From: Octopus vulgaris
Lineage: Eukaryota
Reading direction: 5' to 3'
Assembly: GCA_951406725.2 (NCBI GenBank)
Contig: OX597816.1
Span: 91,574,001-91,638,000, forward strand
Length of the DNA stretch: 64,000 nt
Positions within the stretch are counted from its first letter, which is position 1. Every line of letters starts with the position of its first letter. The notes under the pieces are model-generated. The model did no database searches. It was given only the letters and a program-made list of their open reading frames with translations, and was not told the DNA's origin. Position numbers and translations under genes: made by a program. Below, piece by piece: positions 38,336 to 52,410 of the stretch.

Positions 38336-39489
38336 CATACACACACACAGAGGATGTGCTTCTTTCAGTTTCCAAGTCCACTGACAAAGATTTGGTCAGC
38401 TCAGGACAATAGTAGAAGACAACTGCCCAAAGTGCAATACTGTGGGACTGAACTCAAAGCCAAGTGGTTGGGAAGTAAACTTCTTACCACACAACCACGC
38501 CTGCATCTGAACGATAGCATAACATTGTTAATCTCATGCCAAAAACATTAGTGAGATTTGACAGGAAGAGAACAATGTTTCACAACACTAACAATAATAT
38601 TTTTTGCTCTGTCAAACTTATTTTATTATTTTTATAGTAATGGGTTGAAAACTAATTAATATAATTATTGTCTCACTTTCTACAATTAGAGAAATTTGAA
38701 ATGAAGAAATGGTTGTAAATATCTAGATACATCAAAAAGTAATATGGTTACAGTTATAACTAGTACATATTTTATAAAGAGAATAATGATCTATTTCAGA
38801 GGAAATTATCAGCAATCTTTCAAGCATCACCCCCATCACAGGGCATTCATCTTTTCTGTACAACCAGTCATCCCTCACTCCACTCTGAGGCACTTCCTAT
38901 TGTCAACCACCACTTACTGTTATCTGGCCACCTCTACTATTACCCACTGCCTATTCTCCCCAGTCTTCACCCCAATCACTGTGTCTGCAATCACACACAT
39001 TCTGCTTCTTCTGTCGTCATATGCTCTCCTATTCAGCTTCTCAGTTTAGTTGCTTTCAGCTAATGTGCTTGTCTTACAGCACTCTTTACTCTTACAGAGC
39101 ACATGACAATCTTATTGAACTGATGTAATGATCAATTGATCCCAGTACACTCCTATAAAGTGGTTGGCAAATGAGCAGAGAAAGTTTATGGTCAAAAGGA
39201 CTAAAGTATTTCATGCAGATGATAGGACAACCCCTCTAATGTTGGTGCAATAATGAAATGTGTTCAGTACATTTGGTAAAGGGATTGATTGGAGTTGGGA
39301 AGAATGTCCACTGAAAGAAACAAAATCAAATATGAAATGTACAAACAACAGGATTATCCCACCCAGCTATGTGGGCAGTGGTCCCAATAATAACAGGCAA
39401 AGACTTTAACAACCTGCCAAACCTGTGTCAACATAGAAAGTGACCATAAAACGATAATGTTGAACAAAATAAAACTATATAGTAAATAA

Positions 39490-39708
39490 TAATCTTTTCT
39501 ACTAAAGGCAGAAGACCTGAAATTTGTGGGGAGGTGACTAGTTGATTATATGAACCCCAGTGTTTCACTGGTACTTAACTCACCGACCTTAAAAGGATGA
39601 AAGACAAAGTTGACCTCAGTGGAATTTGAATTCCGAATGTAAAGACAAACAAAATGTCACTAAGCATTTTGCCTGGTGAGCTAACAATTCTGCCAGCTTG
39701 CCACCTTA
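39490..39708 (-). mobile_element. SINE family C copy
   Basis: Reverse complement matches 61990-62222 from aaggtgg..gctggcagaa onward. Confidence 0.8.
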
Positions 39709-39879
39709 ATAATAAAACAATAAAAGTAAAATACACATTGATTTTTTTATATTTGTCTTATATCTATTTACAACACATGCTTCCAGGCCCAGATATTGTA
39801 ACAACAAAGATTCACATCTCCATCAATATAAGATTATATTAATGGATCTAGCAAACAATTTTCCCCACCTGGCATTGAG

Positions 39880-40840
39880 CACATTCAGATGGTGCTTTTT
39901 ACATGTCACCGGCATGGGAGCCAGTTAGGGGCACCACGCCCAGCTACAATATTGGTCTTATTTGACTCAACAGGTCTTCTCAAGCATATCATATCGTCTG
40001 ACATATCAGGGGTATTCTTCACAGGGCTGGACATGTGTGGCTGCGATCTCACTTTAGTTGCTGGGTCTTCTCAATCACAGCATATCTCTAAAGGTCCCAG
40101 TCTCCTGTTATTGCCTCTGCAAGGCCCAATGTTCAAAGGTCATTCTTCACCACCTCATCCCATGTCTTCTTGGGTCTACCTCTTCCACATGATCCTTCTA
40201 CAGTTTGAGAGTGGCACTTCCTCACACAGCTGTCTTCATTCATATGTAACACATTGCCATACCAGTGCAGTCTCCTCTCTTGCACACCACATTTGATGAT
40301 TCTTATGCACAACTTTTCTCTCAGGGTGCTTGCACTTTCATGTATGCACACTGACATTACACATCCAGTGGATCATACTAGCTTCATTTCTTTCAAGCCT
40401 ACGCATGTCCTCAGTATTCATGGCCCATGTTTCACTACTATGTAGCATGGTAGTTTGCACACATGCATCATAGTCTACCTTTCACCCTGAGTGAGAGGCC
40501 CTAAGTTGCCAGTAGAGGTAGGAGCTCCCTGAACTTTACCCAGGCTATTCTTACTCTAATCACTACACTCTCAGAGCAACCGCCCCCACTACAGATTTGG
40601 TCACCTAGGTAGCAGAAGCTATTAACTACTACTAGTTTCTTCCCCTGGCATGTGATGGAATCTGTTTTCTGTACATCTTCAGTGTTTATTGCCACAGTGC
40701 ATCTGCCACATAAAAACTATTTTCCCAGTGAACCTTCTTTTGATATTGCTGCACCTTTTATGTGTCCATAGCTTACACCAGGTACATCATATGGAGTTTC
40801 TACCCATGCCTTTTCTACAGATTGAGCTAGGCCATCCACA
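39880..40840 (-). mobile_element. Second RTE-like LINE fragment of the same family as 17765-19607
   Basis: CTWCKLWTHKRCS, SFCYLGDQI, RVRIAWVKFRELLPLL and GRGRPKKTW motifs. Confidence 0.9.
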
Positions 40841-41199
40841 ACCAACACAGAAATCATTCATGAAAACATTGCTTAAATAGCCACTAAGTCAAACAGTGTA
40901 ACAAAGTGTATATAGACTAATTTACATATTAAACACATTCCTTGCAGCTGGTACCCCATATCAATTGCTGGTGGGGACGCCATATTTTGCTCAGCAACCA
41001 TAATATAGTACCAAATACATTAAAGATTTGTAAGTCAGTACTGTCCAACATTTTTTGTGTTAGCAGTGTGATTAAATCACTTTTAGCTATCTCTACAGAT
41101 ATTCTATAGAATTTAGAGCCAGCACTGAAAGTCAAAACTTTTTGCATATGAATACGTCAATGCAAACAATGCGATTGAAGACAGTAAAATAGGTAATGA

Positions 41200-41575
41200 G
41201 TGTATTCTTTTATTGTTTTGTTTGTCATTTGACTAGCCATGCTGGAGCACTGACTGAAGGATTTTAGTTGAACAAAATCCCAAGACTTATTTTTTAAGCC
41301 TAATATTCTATTGGTCTCTTTTGCCAATCCGCTAAGTTGTGGGGCTGTAAACAAACCAACACCAGTTAAGTGGTGGAGCAAATATAGACACACACACAGA
41401 TATATACATATACACGATGGGCTTCTTTCAGTTTCCATCTCCCAAGTTCACCCATAAGGCTTTGGTCGGCCCAAGGATATAGTAGAAGACACTTGCCCAA
41501 GGTGCTACAAAACAGGATTGAGTCCAAAGCCATATGGTTGGGAAGCAAGTTTCTTACCATGCAGCCACACCTGCA
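41200..41575 (-). mobile_element. tRNA-derived SINE (family B); partial copies at about 6120-6290, 19650-19870, 25315-25500, 36860-37020, 37265-37410, 38350-38505, 54320-54400 and 63300-63360
   Basis: gtggctgcatggtaagaaacttgcttcccaacc head, ttgggcaagtgtcttctactata core and ccagcatggc..agtcaaatgac tail recur across copies. Confidence 0.8.
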
Positions 41576-41899
41576 TGGAGTTACTGCTCCTTCTTCAACA
41601 CCACATCCAATTCTTATATATGTGTAAGTGCTCAATGTGGCAAAATCATTGCAGGGAATGAATACAGGCTCTAGATATTAAAAGTTGACTCATTGGCTTG
41701 ACCATCTAGAGACCAAAGCAATGGCAATCTGGAGTGATAATCCTAAAAGAGGGAGAGGAAAGAGAGTGCTTTAATCATAGTGGTATCAACTTGTCCAGGA
41801 TCTTTTGTAGAGTCTATACTAGGTGTCTGGAAAAAAGATGAAGGAAAGTTGTAGAGACCAAGCTTGCTGAAGAACAGTGTGGCTTCTATCTTGGACGCA

Positions 41900-43870
41900 G
41901 TACAATTGACAAGATAATCCTTCTATGGCAGGTTCTCGAGAAATCAAGAGGTGAATGCTTTTGTAGACCTCAAAAAGGCATATAAATACATGCCACAGGA
42001 CCTGAGATTAATGTGCAACTTCAAAAATGTCCAAATGATGACGTTCAAGTAAATAATGGAATGTCACAAACTGGGTGCGTGTTGGACTTCAGCAGAATGT
42101 ACAGGGTGTCCCAAAATTAAGGCAACTGAAGTTTGGGGCTTTAATAACTATCAATAAATGTGATAAGATATGAAAATTATACATCATTATAAATTAGATA
42201 ATGGCTATAGACTGAAATACAATCATAACCTTCCACAAAGGAGAAGAAAGTAATACAGCCATAGCAAAAAAGCTTAAAATTAACCAAACAGTTTGGAAAA
42301 TTGTCAAGAAAATTCAAGAGATTGGTTCCACTGCTGATCAACCTAGGCATGGCCAAAAAAGAAGTGTGCAACCCATCAGTTTATCAAAAGTACAAGAGAA
42401 AAGATGGCAAAATTCTCATTGTTAAAAAACTGGCTGCCACAGCAAAAATAAGCCAAACATCAATGTATTGAGTGCTGAAAGATCTCAGGACCCACTCCAA
42501 CAAGACGATCTGCTGTCATAATCTCTCTCAAGTTTAGAAGGCCATAAGACTGGAGAGAAGTCATATTATTCTGTGTCAGGTTGCTGAGGGCACAGTGCTC
42601 AACCTGGTGTTCACTGATGAAAAGAAATTTGACACTGAACAGACACTAAACCACCAGAATGATTGACTTTGGAGTGTGTCTGGCTCCATTGCGCTTAGAC
42701 TCATAAATCAATATCAAAATCCACAGTCAGTTATGGTTTGGGCAACTGTGGAAGGTCTCCCCTAGTTTTTGTGCCTGTGGGTGTTAAAATTAACACCTAG
42801 CTATACATTAGCGACATTCTGGAAGCTGAACTGCTTTCATGGGTGAATGAACACTTTAAAGGTGCACCTTGGAACCTCCAACAGGACTTGGCACCATCCC
42901 ACAGTTCCAAACAGACAACACTGGATTCAGAAAAATATTCCATCACTCATAGACAAGGATGTATGGCCCTCAAGAAACCCTGATCTCAACCCATTGGATT
43001 TTTCTGCTTGGTCCATTTTGGAGACTAGGGTCTCAAGCACTACTCATGCAATACAACACTAAGAATGGTGTTCAATTCTGCAAGAACAGCTGTGTGCCTC
43101 ATGTGAAGCAACTGTGATTCAAAATAGAGGTGGTCATATTGAATAAATGTGGTAGTGTCATAATTGTGTTTCCTTTACCATTGCATTCTAACACCTGGAC
43201 CTGAAATACAATATTTTGCTTTTACAAAATTGAAAAATGTTGGCTGCCTTAATTTTGGGACACCCTGTATATTGTTACTGTTCCTTATCATGATTTTTGT
43301 GCACTGGATTGAATTGTGCAGCTGTTGTGGAAGTGGTATCACGATTGGATGTAGAATTGGTCCACTGATATTTGCAGGTGGCATGGATGGTGCTGCTTGG
43401 CTCAACAGAAAGTGATTTCCAGCATGCACTGAAAGGGTTTACTGTCAAGTGCTGCAATGCAGGGATGATAATTAGTGTTGCAAAGATTGAGACATTGGTC
43501 CTCTCAAGAACATCATTCCAGGGCACTCTGTATGTTAGTAGAATATCACTGAGACAAGTTTAAGAATTTTGGGGCCATATTCATGAGTAATGGAGGTTGA
43601 ACTGGGTGCTACAATTGCAAGTGGTGACACAGTAATGCACCAGCATTAAATCCTCAGAAGAGGATTTAATGCAATTAGAATGCCACAAGAAAGAATTGGA
43701 AGACAAATTCTTCAAACCAATCAACAGGAGACTGAGGGCTGACCAAGAAAGAGATGGTTGGATAATACTTATAGTCTCAGTTGGTCATGCCAGGGAATCC
43801 AGCCAGAAAATCTAACGATGGTTGCTTCTGATAGGACCTATGGAGGAGGTACCGGGGAACTCTCCTCCTA
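41900..43870 (+). mobile_element. Old RTE/Expander-like LINE relic interrupted by a maT element
   Basis: AFVDLKKAY before the insertion; LIFA(GG) and VLLGSTESDFQHALKGFTVKCCNAGMIISVAK after it; VGLQQ/..LLF is split at the insertion site. Confidence 0.7.
42102..43267 (+). mobile_element. Near full-length decayed maT (DD37D-type) transposon
   Basis: Perfect 23-bp TIR CAGGGTGTCCCAAAATTAAGGCA, TA duplication; motifs VFTDEKKF, VMVWA, QQDLAPSH and WPSRNPDLNPLDFSAW across frameshifts. Confidence 0.93.
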
Positions 43871-46800
43871 CAACCATTCTAGGAATAGAGAGCAGACAAG
43901 ATGTATATATATGTGTGTGTATGCATGTGCATGCATGCACATATGTGTATGCTTGCATGTATATATGCATACGTGTATGTGTGTATAGTGTGAAAGAGAA
44001 AGAGATAAATCAACTACTTCAGTGGATATGTGTGAGTGACATATCTTCATTATTTTAATAATTTAAATAAACATATTTTACCACTTCATCATTACGTAAG
44101 TGATAGATCTACAAACCCACAATGCTATACCCAACCAAAAAAAATTTAAATAATGCTGAAAACATTCTACAAACTACAAATACGTACAATACCATATCAC
44201 CTTAGCTCAGAACATTGCTAATAATTAAAGCAGGTGTCAACCTACAGGAGCATAATGCTCATACATCTGAGATGGCACTACTACTATGTACTTTCTAAAT
44301 GGACCAACATCAAGATAAGAACAGTTGCTTGTTGAACAAGTTTTACTTACAAATACTTGTTCACCCTTGAATTCTAGCCTTCCTTTCTTTTGTCTTTCAC
44401 CTCCTACTCATTATTTGCTTACTGTATACCTCCTATGTCTAAGTTTATGTGTTGTATCTGCCTTTTCCCTTCCCTTTAATTTATGTGTGAAGGCATGTGG
44501 CTTAGCAGTTAGGTTATTAGCTCATGATCATCAGGTTGTGAATTTCAAACCCAGTGGCATAGTCTCCTTGAGCAAAGCACTTTATTTTGCATTGTTGCAG
44601 TCCACTCAGATGACAAAAATTAGGAGTAGCTGTATTTCAAAGAGCCAGCCGTGTCACATTCTGTGGCATGATGCATCTTTCTGAGAACTACATTAAGGGT
44701 ACATGTCTGGATTTCTCTACTACTTGCATATTAATTTCACAAGCAGGTTGTTTTGTTTACTGGATCAACTGGAACACACACACTGTCATAAATGACCAGT
44801 TTTTAACATTTTGATTAATATTTCCTCCTCAGGAAATTTTAATACATATCAGCATTAACTTTATATTCACTCACCAGTCTATCAGAGCCCATGAAGGCAA
44901 TAAGCACTGTTCTTTTTTTCAAACTAACCAATATTTTTTAAAAATCAATTAAGTGGTGGGGGGGGGGGAGAAGTAGAGTTGCTTCCCTTCCAAAACTTAA
45001 GGGAAACTCAAATGCACAAAGATTTCTCAAAAATGTTACTGCATACCTCCTATGTCTAAGTTTAGATAATGCAAAATAATGCAGTTTTTTTGTACTTGAC
45101 TGCTGCTTATTCTAGTGACTCCAAAAGGATGAAAGATAAAGTCAACTTGGCAGAATTTGAGCTCAGAACTTGAAATGCTACTGAGCATTTTGTCCAGCAT
45201 GCTAACAATTCTGCCAGCCTGGAAAAATATCATTGAATATGAATTACTGGTATTTTAAATATCAGTTACATTTACACATATAGAATTTAAAATTAAAAAT
45301 GTGTAAGTTGTAGATACTAAGTATGAAACATTTTTCATTAAAATCTACAAAAATAACTTATCAAATCCTATATATTTTCAGCTGTGACATTTGGGCAAAG
45401 AACAAAAATACAATACCATTCAAAGTGTGAATAGTTAAAGGATTAGGTCACATAAAATGGATTGGGAAGTGGGAGATATTAATGACAAAGTCATTCAAAT
45501 GCTGGGAATTGAAAAAAATAAAAATTTAAGTGTAAAGAACTGTTTTTCAAGTAACTGAACTATGTATTTTCTTAGTACAATTTAGATAAAAGATTAAAAA
45601 AATTTGAAAATTAAGTAGATTTTATTCAATCTCCTCCTTTAGAACTATGACTAATGCAGAAGGTATTTAATTTTCTTTTGCGATTTCGTAGAACATGAAC
45701 ACCTGAATTCTAAAAAAATATATAAAATAATAAAAAGACATAACTAAATGAACCAGTATCTCTAATAATATCACCATTCTTGAACCCAGCATACTAGTGT
45801 ACTGTATAAGCACTAACCTGCATGGCAAACTAAAATTACTTAGAAGTATTTTAGAATAAGCTAAACAACAGTTTATATTTCCCCCTTAACTAAACATATT
45901 GAAAAAAAAACTGTCTCAGGCATGAGTGCACTTGATAAAAAGTTTTTTTTTATTTTTAACTTTACCATAGTGGTTACAATTAAAATAAGTCACTTTACCC
46001 TGTGGGACTGTCAAAATATACTTTTAGTAAAGCAGTCAAGGTGAAAAAGTGAGAAAAAAAAAAAAAACTACTCAGCAAAAATATATCAAAAATACACTTT
46101 CACTACTTGCTCAAGTTATTTCAGATCTTAAATCTAACAACAAGAATTATTCAGTTTGTAGAATTTACATTGACAATAACACAGTGTGATGTTTAACTAC
46201 ATGTACAAAATTGTACAATTAACTGCAGCCAGTGTGCTGTGTCCAGGACACAAAGAATAGAATTGTTTGCCTCCTGTTTCACAGCTGAATGGTCAGTGAT
46301 AGAAAGAGCACTGTAAATCAATAGCTTCATCAATACGCAATTATCCAAACATACAAAAGCCCTCCTGTTTAGGCCTGCAATTCTTATCCTAAGAAAAAAA
46401 AAAAAAGAAAAAAAAAAAAAAAACGGGGGAAAAAATTTGAAGATTCCAGTGAAGAAAATGAAAAATTATCTGCACTGTTTATATTAGATTTCTTTAATGC
46501 TGACTTCAATTAATAATGCTGTTAATGTTATGCAATAACAATATTACATATGGAAGAAAGTGAGATGGAATAGATGAAGGATAGGAAATAAAGAAAAACG
46601 ATAATGAAACCCTGATTTAGACTACAAAATAGATGAAGGAGGCAAGAAATGAAAAATAAAATACAAAATATTTCTTGGAATTAATTTTCTGCAAGAAATT
46701 TGAACTACTTGCAAACATTCAGTCAATATTTCCTTTTAGTTTTCATTCATCAGTTCTGTATTTTTAAAATTGGTTATAGTTAAGGTGCTGGAGTCCTAGA

Positions 46801-49800
46801 TATACAGATTAGAATGCTTGCAAGCATAAGTCTGTCTGGTTGCAGGTGAAGTGGGACTAAACAACTAATCCAGATTTTGTTAACTGCCACAATGCTATTC
46901 TCTGGGATCAGACAGTTTTTTTCTCTTTTTCTTTGGATTGTTTAGCTGAATATGCAAATATTATTCAATAGCGATAGCATCTAGTTTTAAAATAATTTCC
47001 TTAATATACATTAGATTCAAATTTTCAAAGATTCTTCTACCTATGCTAATGTAAAAAAAAAATTAATTCCATTTCATTTTCATACAAGGTGTCAGATGGA
47101 CAGCAGTTTATTAGATGCTCTTTACAGTATTAAATATATAGCTATATAGAGCGACACTAATTACATTCATGTGAACACAAGAGAAATTGTTTCTGAATAA
47201 TAAAGCAAATGATTCCCTGTATCACTTGCAGCAATTATTAATAAATCCAATCTCATAACACTACTCACACAATGTGAAGGAGGCTCAATTGAGAATCAAA
47301 CAAGTTGCCTAACACAACAGCTCCAGTTTAGTTTCCTTTGTTTTTCTATTAATAGTTTTGCATTATGGCAAGAATTTTCAAATAAAATAATTACATTTAT
47401 AGAAAATCTATAGTGGCTTTTAGAAAACCTTTTCTGTAAATGTTTACATAACAAAACTGAATCACGAGTTTGTTTAAATTCTGTTATACCAAATGGTGAG
47501 GTGTTTTCTGACAATTCTCATTTATGTCCTCATCGCAGTCATGTTGTTTTAAGATGATAGAATAAGTAGATTTTTCAATATCTTAATATTATACAGCTTC
47601 ATCTTCTATAGGCCAATATAATTACTATATCACTACATCAACCAGGATGTCATCAATTTGTATAACTTGTACATAGCAGTGCAATTGTCTTATTCTTTTC
47701 AGCCAATTATCTTCAACATTCACCTCATATTGTCAGCTTTCTATCCAAGCAAAGAAGCCATTTTTGCCTAAGGCAGCTATTTTCAAACATTTTCCAATGA
47801 CATCCTCTAATAATTACAGTTACATGCTTTTTAGTACTTTCAGCAAATCACCTCAGCTCTCAATCAATTTTAATCTTTCATTACTGAAACCAATAGTTAT
47901 GCCACTGTATATGACATACAAGTGCTGTCTACCTGAATTGAACCTGTGTTTTGTCAACACGCTAATTAAACTAAGAGCACAATATTGAATTCTTGATTCT
48001 TTTACTGTCTAACAAGGGTTCTCAAACCAGGGTTTGCAAGGAAAATTACAAGAGTAAAAAGTTTGTAAAAACACTAGATGTTTTTGAAGTAATCACAACT
48101 AGTTGCAATTTCGTAAGCCTGAAATGCAGCTGGCAAACCTTCATCACTGTAAATTTATGTTGTGCATATTTATTTGCCTCCCAGGAAACTATTTTTAATA
48201 AGTGCTTTCTAACTTCTGTACATGTAGAATTTCAATGAGAAAATGTACTGAATTTATTGAAAGTTACACTGAAAGTTTATTTATGTCATATAAACACCTA
48301 TAACAGATTGCAGTAACAACTTGCATCTTCAACCATCTAAAACATTTTGTTGTTTTTTTTGCCTAGATATTTATGGTATCTTATAGCAAAAATAGTGATC
48401 ATACAGAAAATCATATTTCTAATTTAGTTGCACTGATACAATAATGGAAAGATTTTTCATTATGTATGTCAACTCTACAAAACCAATGAAGCTAAGTTGA
48501 CATGTAATTTCTAAACTAATCCATTTTGAGCTCAGTGACAATCATGCATTGAGCAAAATGTATTTAATCTGAAACATGAGCAATTTTGCAACTGAAACAG
48601 ATTGGGCAGGTGTATCAACAAATTGAAGTTAACCTGTATGCCATTTGTATGCTACCCCGAGAACAGCAACAAAATAAGAAACCTCACAGTTGCTAAAAGT
48701 TTGATTATGCTCTGCTGCAAAAATACTTTTGGCAGCATGCTGGGAAGAAATGCAGCAAGAAACTGAAAACTGATTTCTGAAATTGCATTATATTTTACAT
48801 CATATATGTAAGATATCCTTTGACTGACACAGACAAGGTATCTTTACAATCCAACTTGACAAGCTCACGAATCCAAGTTTTAAAGAATTCTTGTCTTGTA
48901 AAATGGCAGTCAACAACACAACTAATGGAGCTCCTGAAGTGCTGGATTGTAGACCTGTTAAATGTCAACTTGAAACTTGCCTAAAATTGTGTTACTTGGT
49001 GGAAAAAGCCAAACTCATCCATTCCATTAAAAATTAGACATTAAATGAAATGAAATTACCAACAAAAAATGCAGATCTATTGTCTGTTCTAAAATAGCCA
49101 TACGTTTTGCACTGGTGCTCCAGCATGGTCACAAACTGCAGACTGAAGCAAGTAAAAGATTCTTCACAAAGGTATATCAACACTGCTGTTAGGGACAAAT
49201 GGTTATGTCAGAAGGGAAATAAATTCAGAGCTCTGGTTGTACAATACTTTGACCAATGATGTTTCTATCAGTAACTTTAATAATTCAAAACAATAGCTTA
49301 ATTCACAGGTTTTAGTTCTCTTTCTCTCAATGTGTTATTAGCCAATTAGCATCCCATTAAATCTCAATAGGCTAAACACAATACACAAACATACATAAAA
49401 CCACACACATCAACACTAAGACCGGTGTTGGTGCATAAAATCTTTGATTTCAAGTCTTTAATTTATGGTACTACCGAGAGACTTTTCAACTGATCATATC
49501 ACTGACTCCCTTATACAACATAAATGGCCAATGATCAGACTACTTTTTAGCATCCTAACCAGTTCAAGTTTGAGATTAACAGTTACTACTGACACTGTAA
49601 CTTTATATTTATTCAAGAAGTTACAAACAAGCATAAGATAAAGCCTTCAAATTTTATAAAAAATGGTTTTTATCAAAAAAGGATATAAAGTTAGAGAAAA
49701 GTTATAAACTCAAAAAATACAAGAGAAAATAAAGAACGTCTTTTATATCAAAGTTAAAACTAAAAGACCAAACACTAAAGCAGCTTAACCATTTAAAAAA

Positions 49801-51578
49801 AACAAAGATACAATAACACTTCATTTTCAAGATGAATCCTTTGGCTCACCTACTCATAATACTCTCTACAATGTTTAAGTGAGAACCACAACGGGAGCAG
49901 TACTCCCATATCTAGAACTGCTGCTACACACATACATCCTCTACTGCTTCAAAGAAAGGCCATTTGGCTGATTGGCAGCAATTCACTCACCATCACACTC
50001 CAGCCACTGGCCCACATGCTTCCTCTCAACTTTTTCTATTACAACTATAGGGACCTTTCATCTCCACTAGCCAGTATACCCAGCTCCCCCACTCCCAGAA
50101 TACTGGCCCTTTACAATTTCCTCCCTACATACGTTTTTCTGATATTATCAGAGACCTCATCAGTCTCAGAAGGTCATAGGTAAAGCCTCTTCCTCCAGTT
50201 AAAAAAAAAGAAAAGAAAAAAAGAAAAAGAAAACAAAGAAAAAATTTTTTTAAATCACATGTCTACTGAAACAAACTAAAATTAAGATATTTCAAACTTC
50301 AAATAATGTTGAATATACTGTTAAAAAGCTGAATTGTCTACAAAAACCTACAACTAAATGAAAACATTATATAGATCAGTATATAAATTCTTTTAAAACA
50401 TTATCTAATGTCGACAGTACTTGTACAAGTCAAATGGTTTTTATTCAGTTTATTCATGATGCAAGCTTATAACAAACACATCAGTGGCCTACTTAACAGA
50501 AGTCAGAAATATCATGTGACCTAAGCCGGATTCCAAATGGACTATTTGCCCTTCAGTGAGAAATGCCTGAAGTGATGCCTCACAAATTAGACAATATAAA
50601 TTATTCATTGTTTGAACCTCTTAGAACAACCAGTCTCACCAAATGTAAAAATATAGTAACATGTACAATGGGAAAGAGACAAAAACCTTTTTACTTTGAC
50701 AATTATTGTACATACAAATAAACTCACACACATATACACAAATCTAAGTTTATGGACGTACACTATATACACACACACACACACCAAACAAGATGCAATT
50801 AGAATTTTATCAAGCCTTTAAGTTGGAATTTGAATGGTATGAGTGGTTTACACAATAGTTTTCCTTCACACACACCCAATCATGAGATTTCATCTGAATA
50901 AAAACATTATATAGGAAGCAACATTTCCCTGATGTGATGAATAAAATGGAATAGAAGCACTACACAATCAAGGAGTGTTTCTTCTAATGTGGGTTTTCAG
51001 TAAAGGCAGCAGCATTCAAACTGAACACTAAAAGTATTTTTATTAAAATATTTTTGAATTGGTATTTAAGGTTTTATTGCTGTTTTTGATTGAGCCAAAT
51101 AACAGAATTTTGCAAATACAACCATTATACTTACCTTAAATTATTATAGATATCTACAATATCTATATTTCCAGGTAGGAAAAAAAGGGGAGGGAGGTAC
51201 TCCAAAATTTTAATTAAAATGAATTATAGAATGCAATGAATTTAGCATTTAGTAATATAGTGATACTTCTGGATATGATTTGGGCTTATTCACATCCTCA
51301 ATGATGCATAGTTTAACCATGAGTAATAATAACTGAGAATAATACTTTCAGGACTGATTGGATATATTCAGCTTTATTTTCCTCAAGTTGAAAAAAATTA
51401 AGAAAAAAATCTGGAGAACACAAGTTATTTCCAACAGCAACTACAGGAATTTAATATTTTTAATTGTTACTTAAATGATTTAATTAAATACAAGTCGATT
51501 ATTTGGTAAAGAAATAGGAGACTAATACAGTATATTTAGAAAGGGAAAAAAAAAAAAAGAAAAAAAAACTCAACTTAC

Positions 51579-51635
51579 CAAGGCACTTTTGCCAACACCA
51601 CCACTTCCTAAAACTACCAATTTGTACTCCCTCAT
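51579..51635 (-). CDS. Rap1: Rap1 GTPase coding exon 1 (MREYKLVVLGSGGVGKSAL); exon probably extends to 51649 as 5' UTR
   Basis: Manual translation gives the Rap1 N-terminus with the P-loop GSGGVGKS. 57 nt, donor GTAAGT follows; upstream acceptor ttttttctAG at 51650-51651. Confidence 0.97.
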
Positions 51636-51999
51636 CGTAGATTTATAGCCTAGAAAAAATAGGAATTCATTAGGTTATTTTATTACAAAGCATCTTTGGC
51701 AATAGATCTTATGAAAGGAAAACTAAAAAATTTGTTTTTCAATAGAATTTTATAGATATAAAAGAATACACAACATTAACTTCTGGAAATCATCAAAATC
51801 TGTGGTTAAAAAAAAATGCATGGAATTTTAACCAAACAGATTTTCAGGCATGGTCCTCATCACAACATTTTTACTAAACATATTTTAATCAAGTTTCTGT
51901 GAAAAGTTTTTTTTACAAAAACTGTTTCGGATATGTGTAAACAGGTACCTACTTAGTAAAATATTTCATCCTAAATGTATTTTTACATACAGGACAGCT

Positions 52000-52410
52000 G
52001 CATAAAAAAGTGCTGATCACTTACAGTAGAAAAAGTCATGAAAGAGGGAAACCCAAGAAGACATAGGACAAAGTTTTGAAGTCTCAAAATGCTGAACTTT
52101 ATGAAGGAGATGACAGCAGACAGAGATATGTGGCACATTTCTATACCTGAGAAAACACACCCACCACAACAGAAGTGAATTCCTAAAACCAAAATGCCAT
52201 GTAAAAAGATCTGGTGCTGGTGACGCTTAAAATGCACCTGTAATGTTGTCACATAAAAAGCACTCCCTACACTTTGTAGAGTGGTTGGCATTAAGGACAT
52301 CCAGTTGAAGAAAGCAAACCAAAACAGACTATGGAACCTGGTGCAGCCCCAGGATTTACCAGTTCCTGTCAAGCCATCCAACCCCTGCCAGCATGGGAAA
52401 TGGATGATGA
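52000..52410 (+). mobile_element. Decayed RTE 3' end; further decayed tails at about 15490-15610(-), 24100-24260(+), 26440-26620(+), 27060-27200(+), 53750-53920(-) and 63580-63775(+)
   Basis: Shared gtggttggcattaagg..catccag..ccaaccc.tgccagcatgg core. Confidence 0.75.

Noticed and set aside
47900-49000. Possible decayed hAT transposase
   Set aside because: Only a hAT-like terminus (caagggttctcaaacc near 48012) and faint peptide similarity; no second end or convincing motif.
50125-50170. Hammerhead-like CTGATGAG..stem..AAAC on the minus strand
   Set aside because: The stem II closure and GAAA core are not correctly formed, and the segment lies in the antisense of a LINE C-terminal relic.
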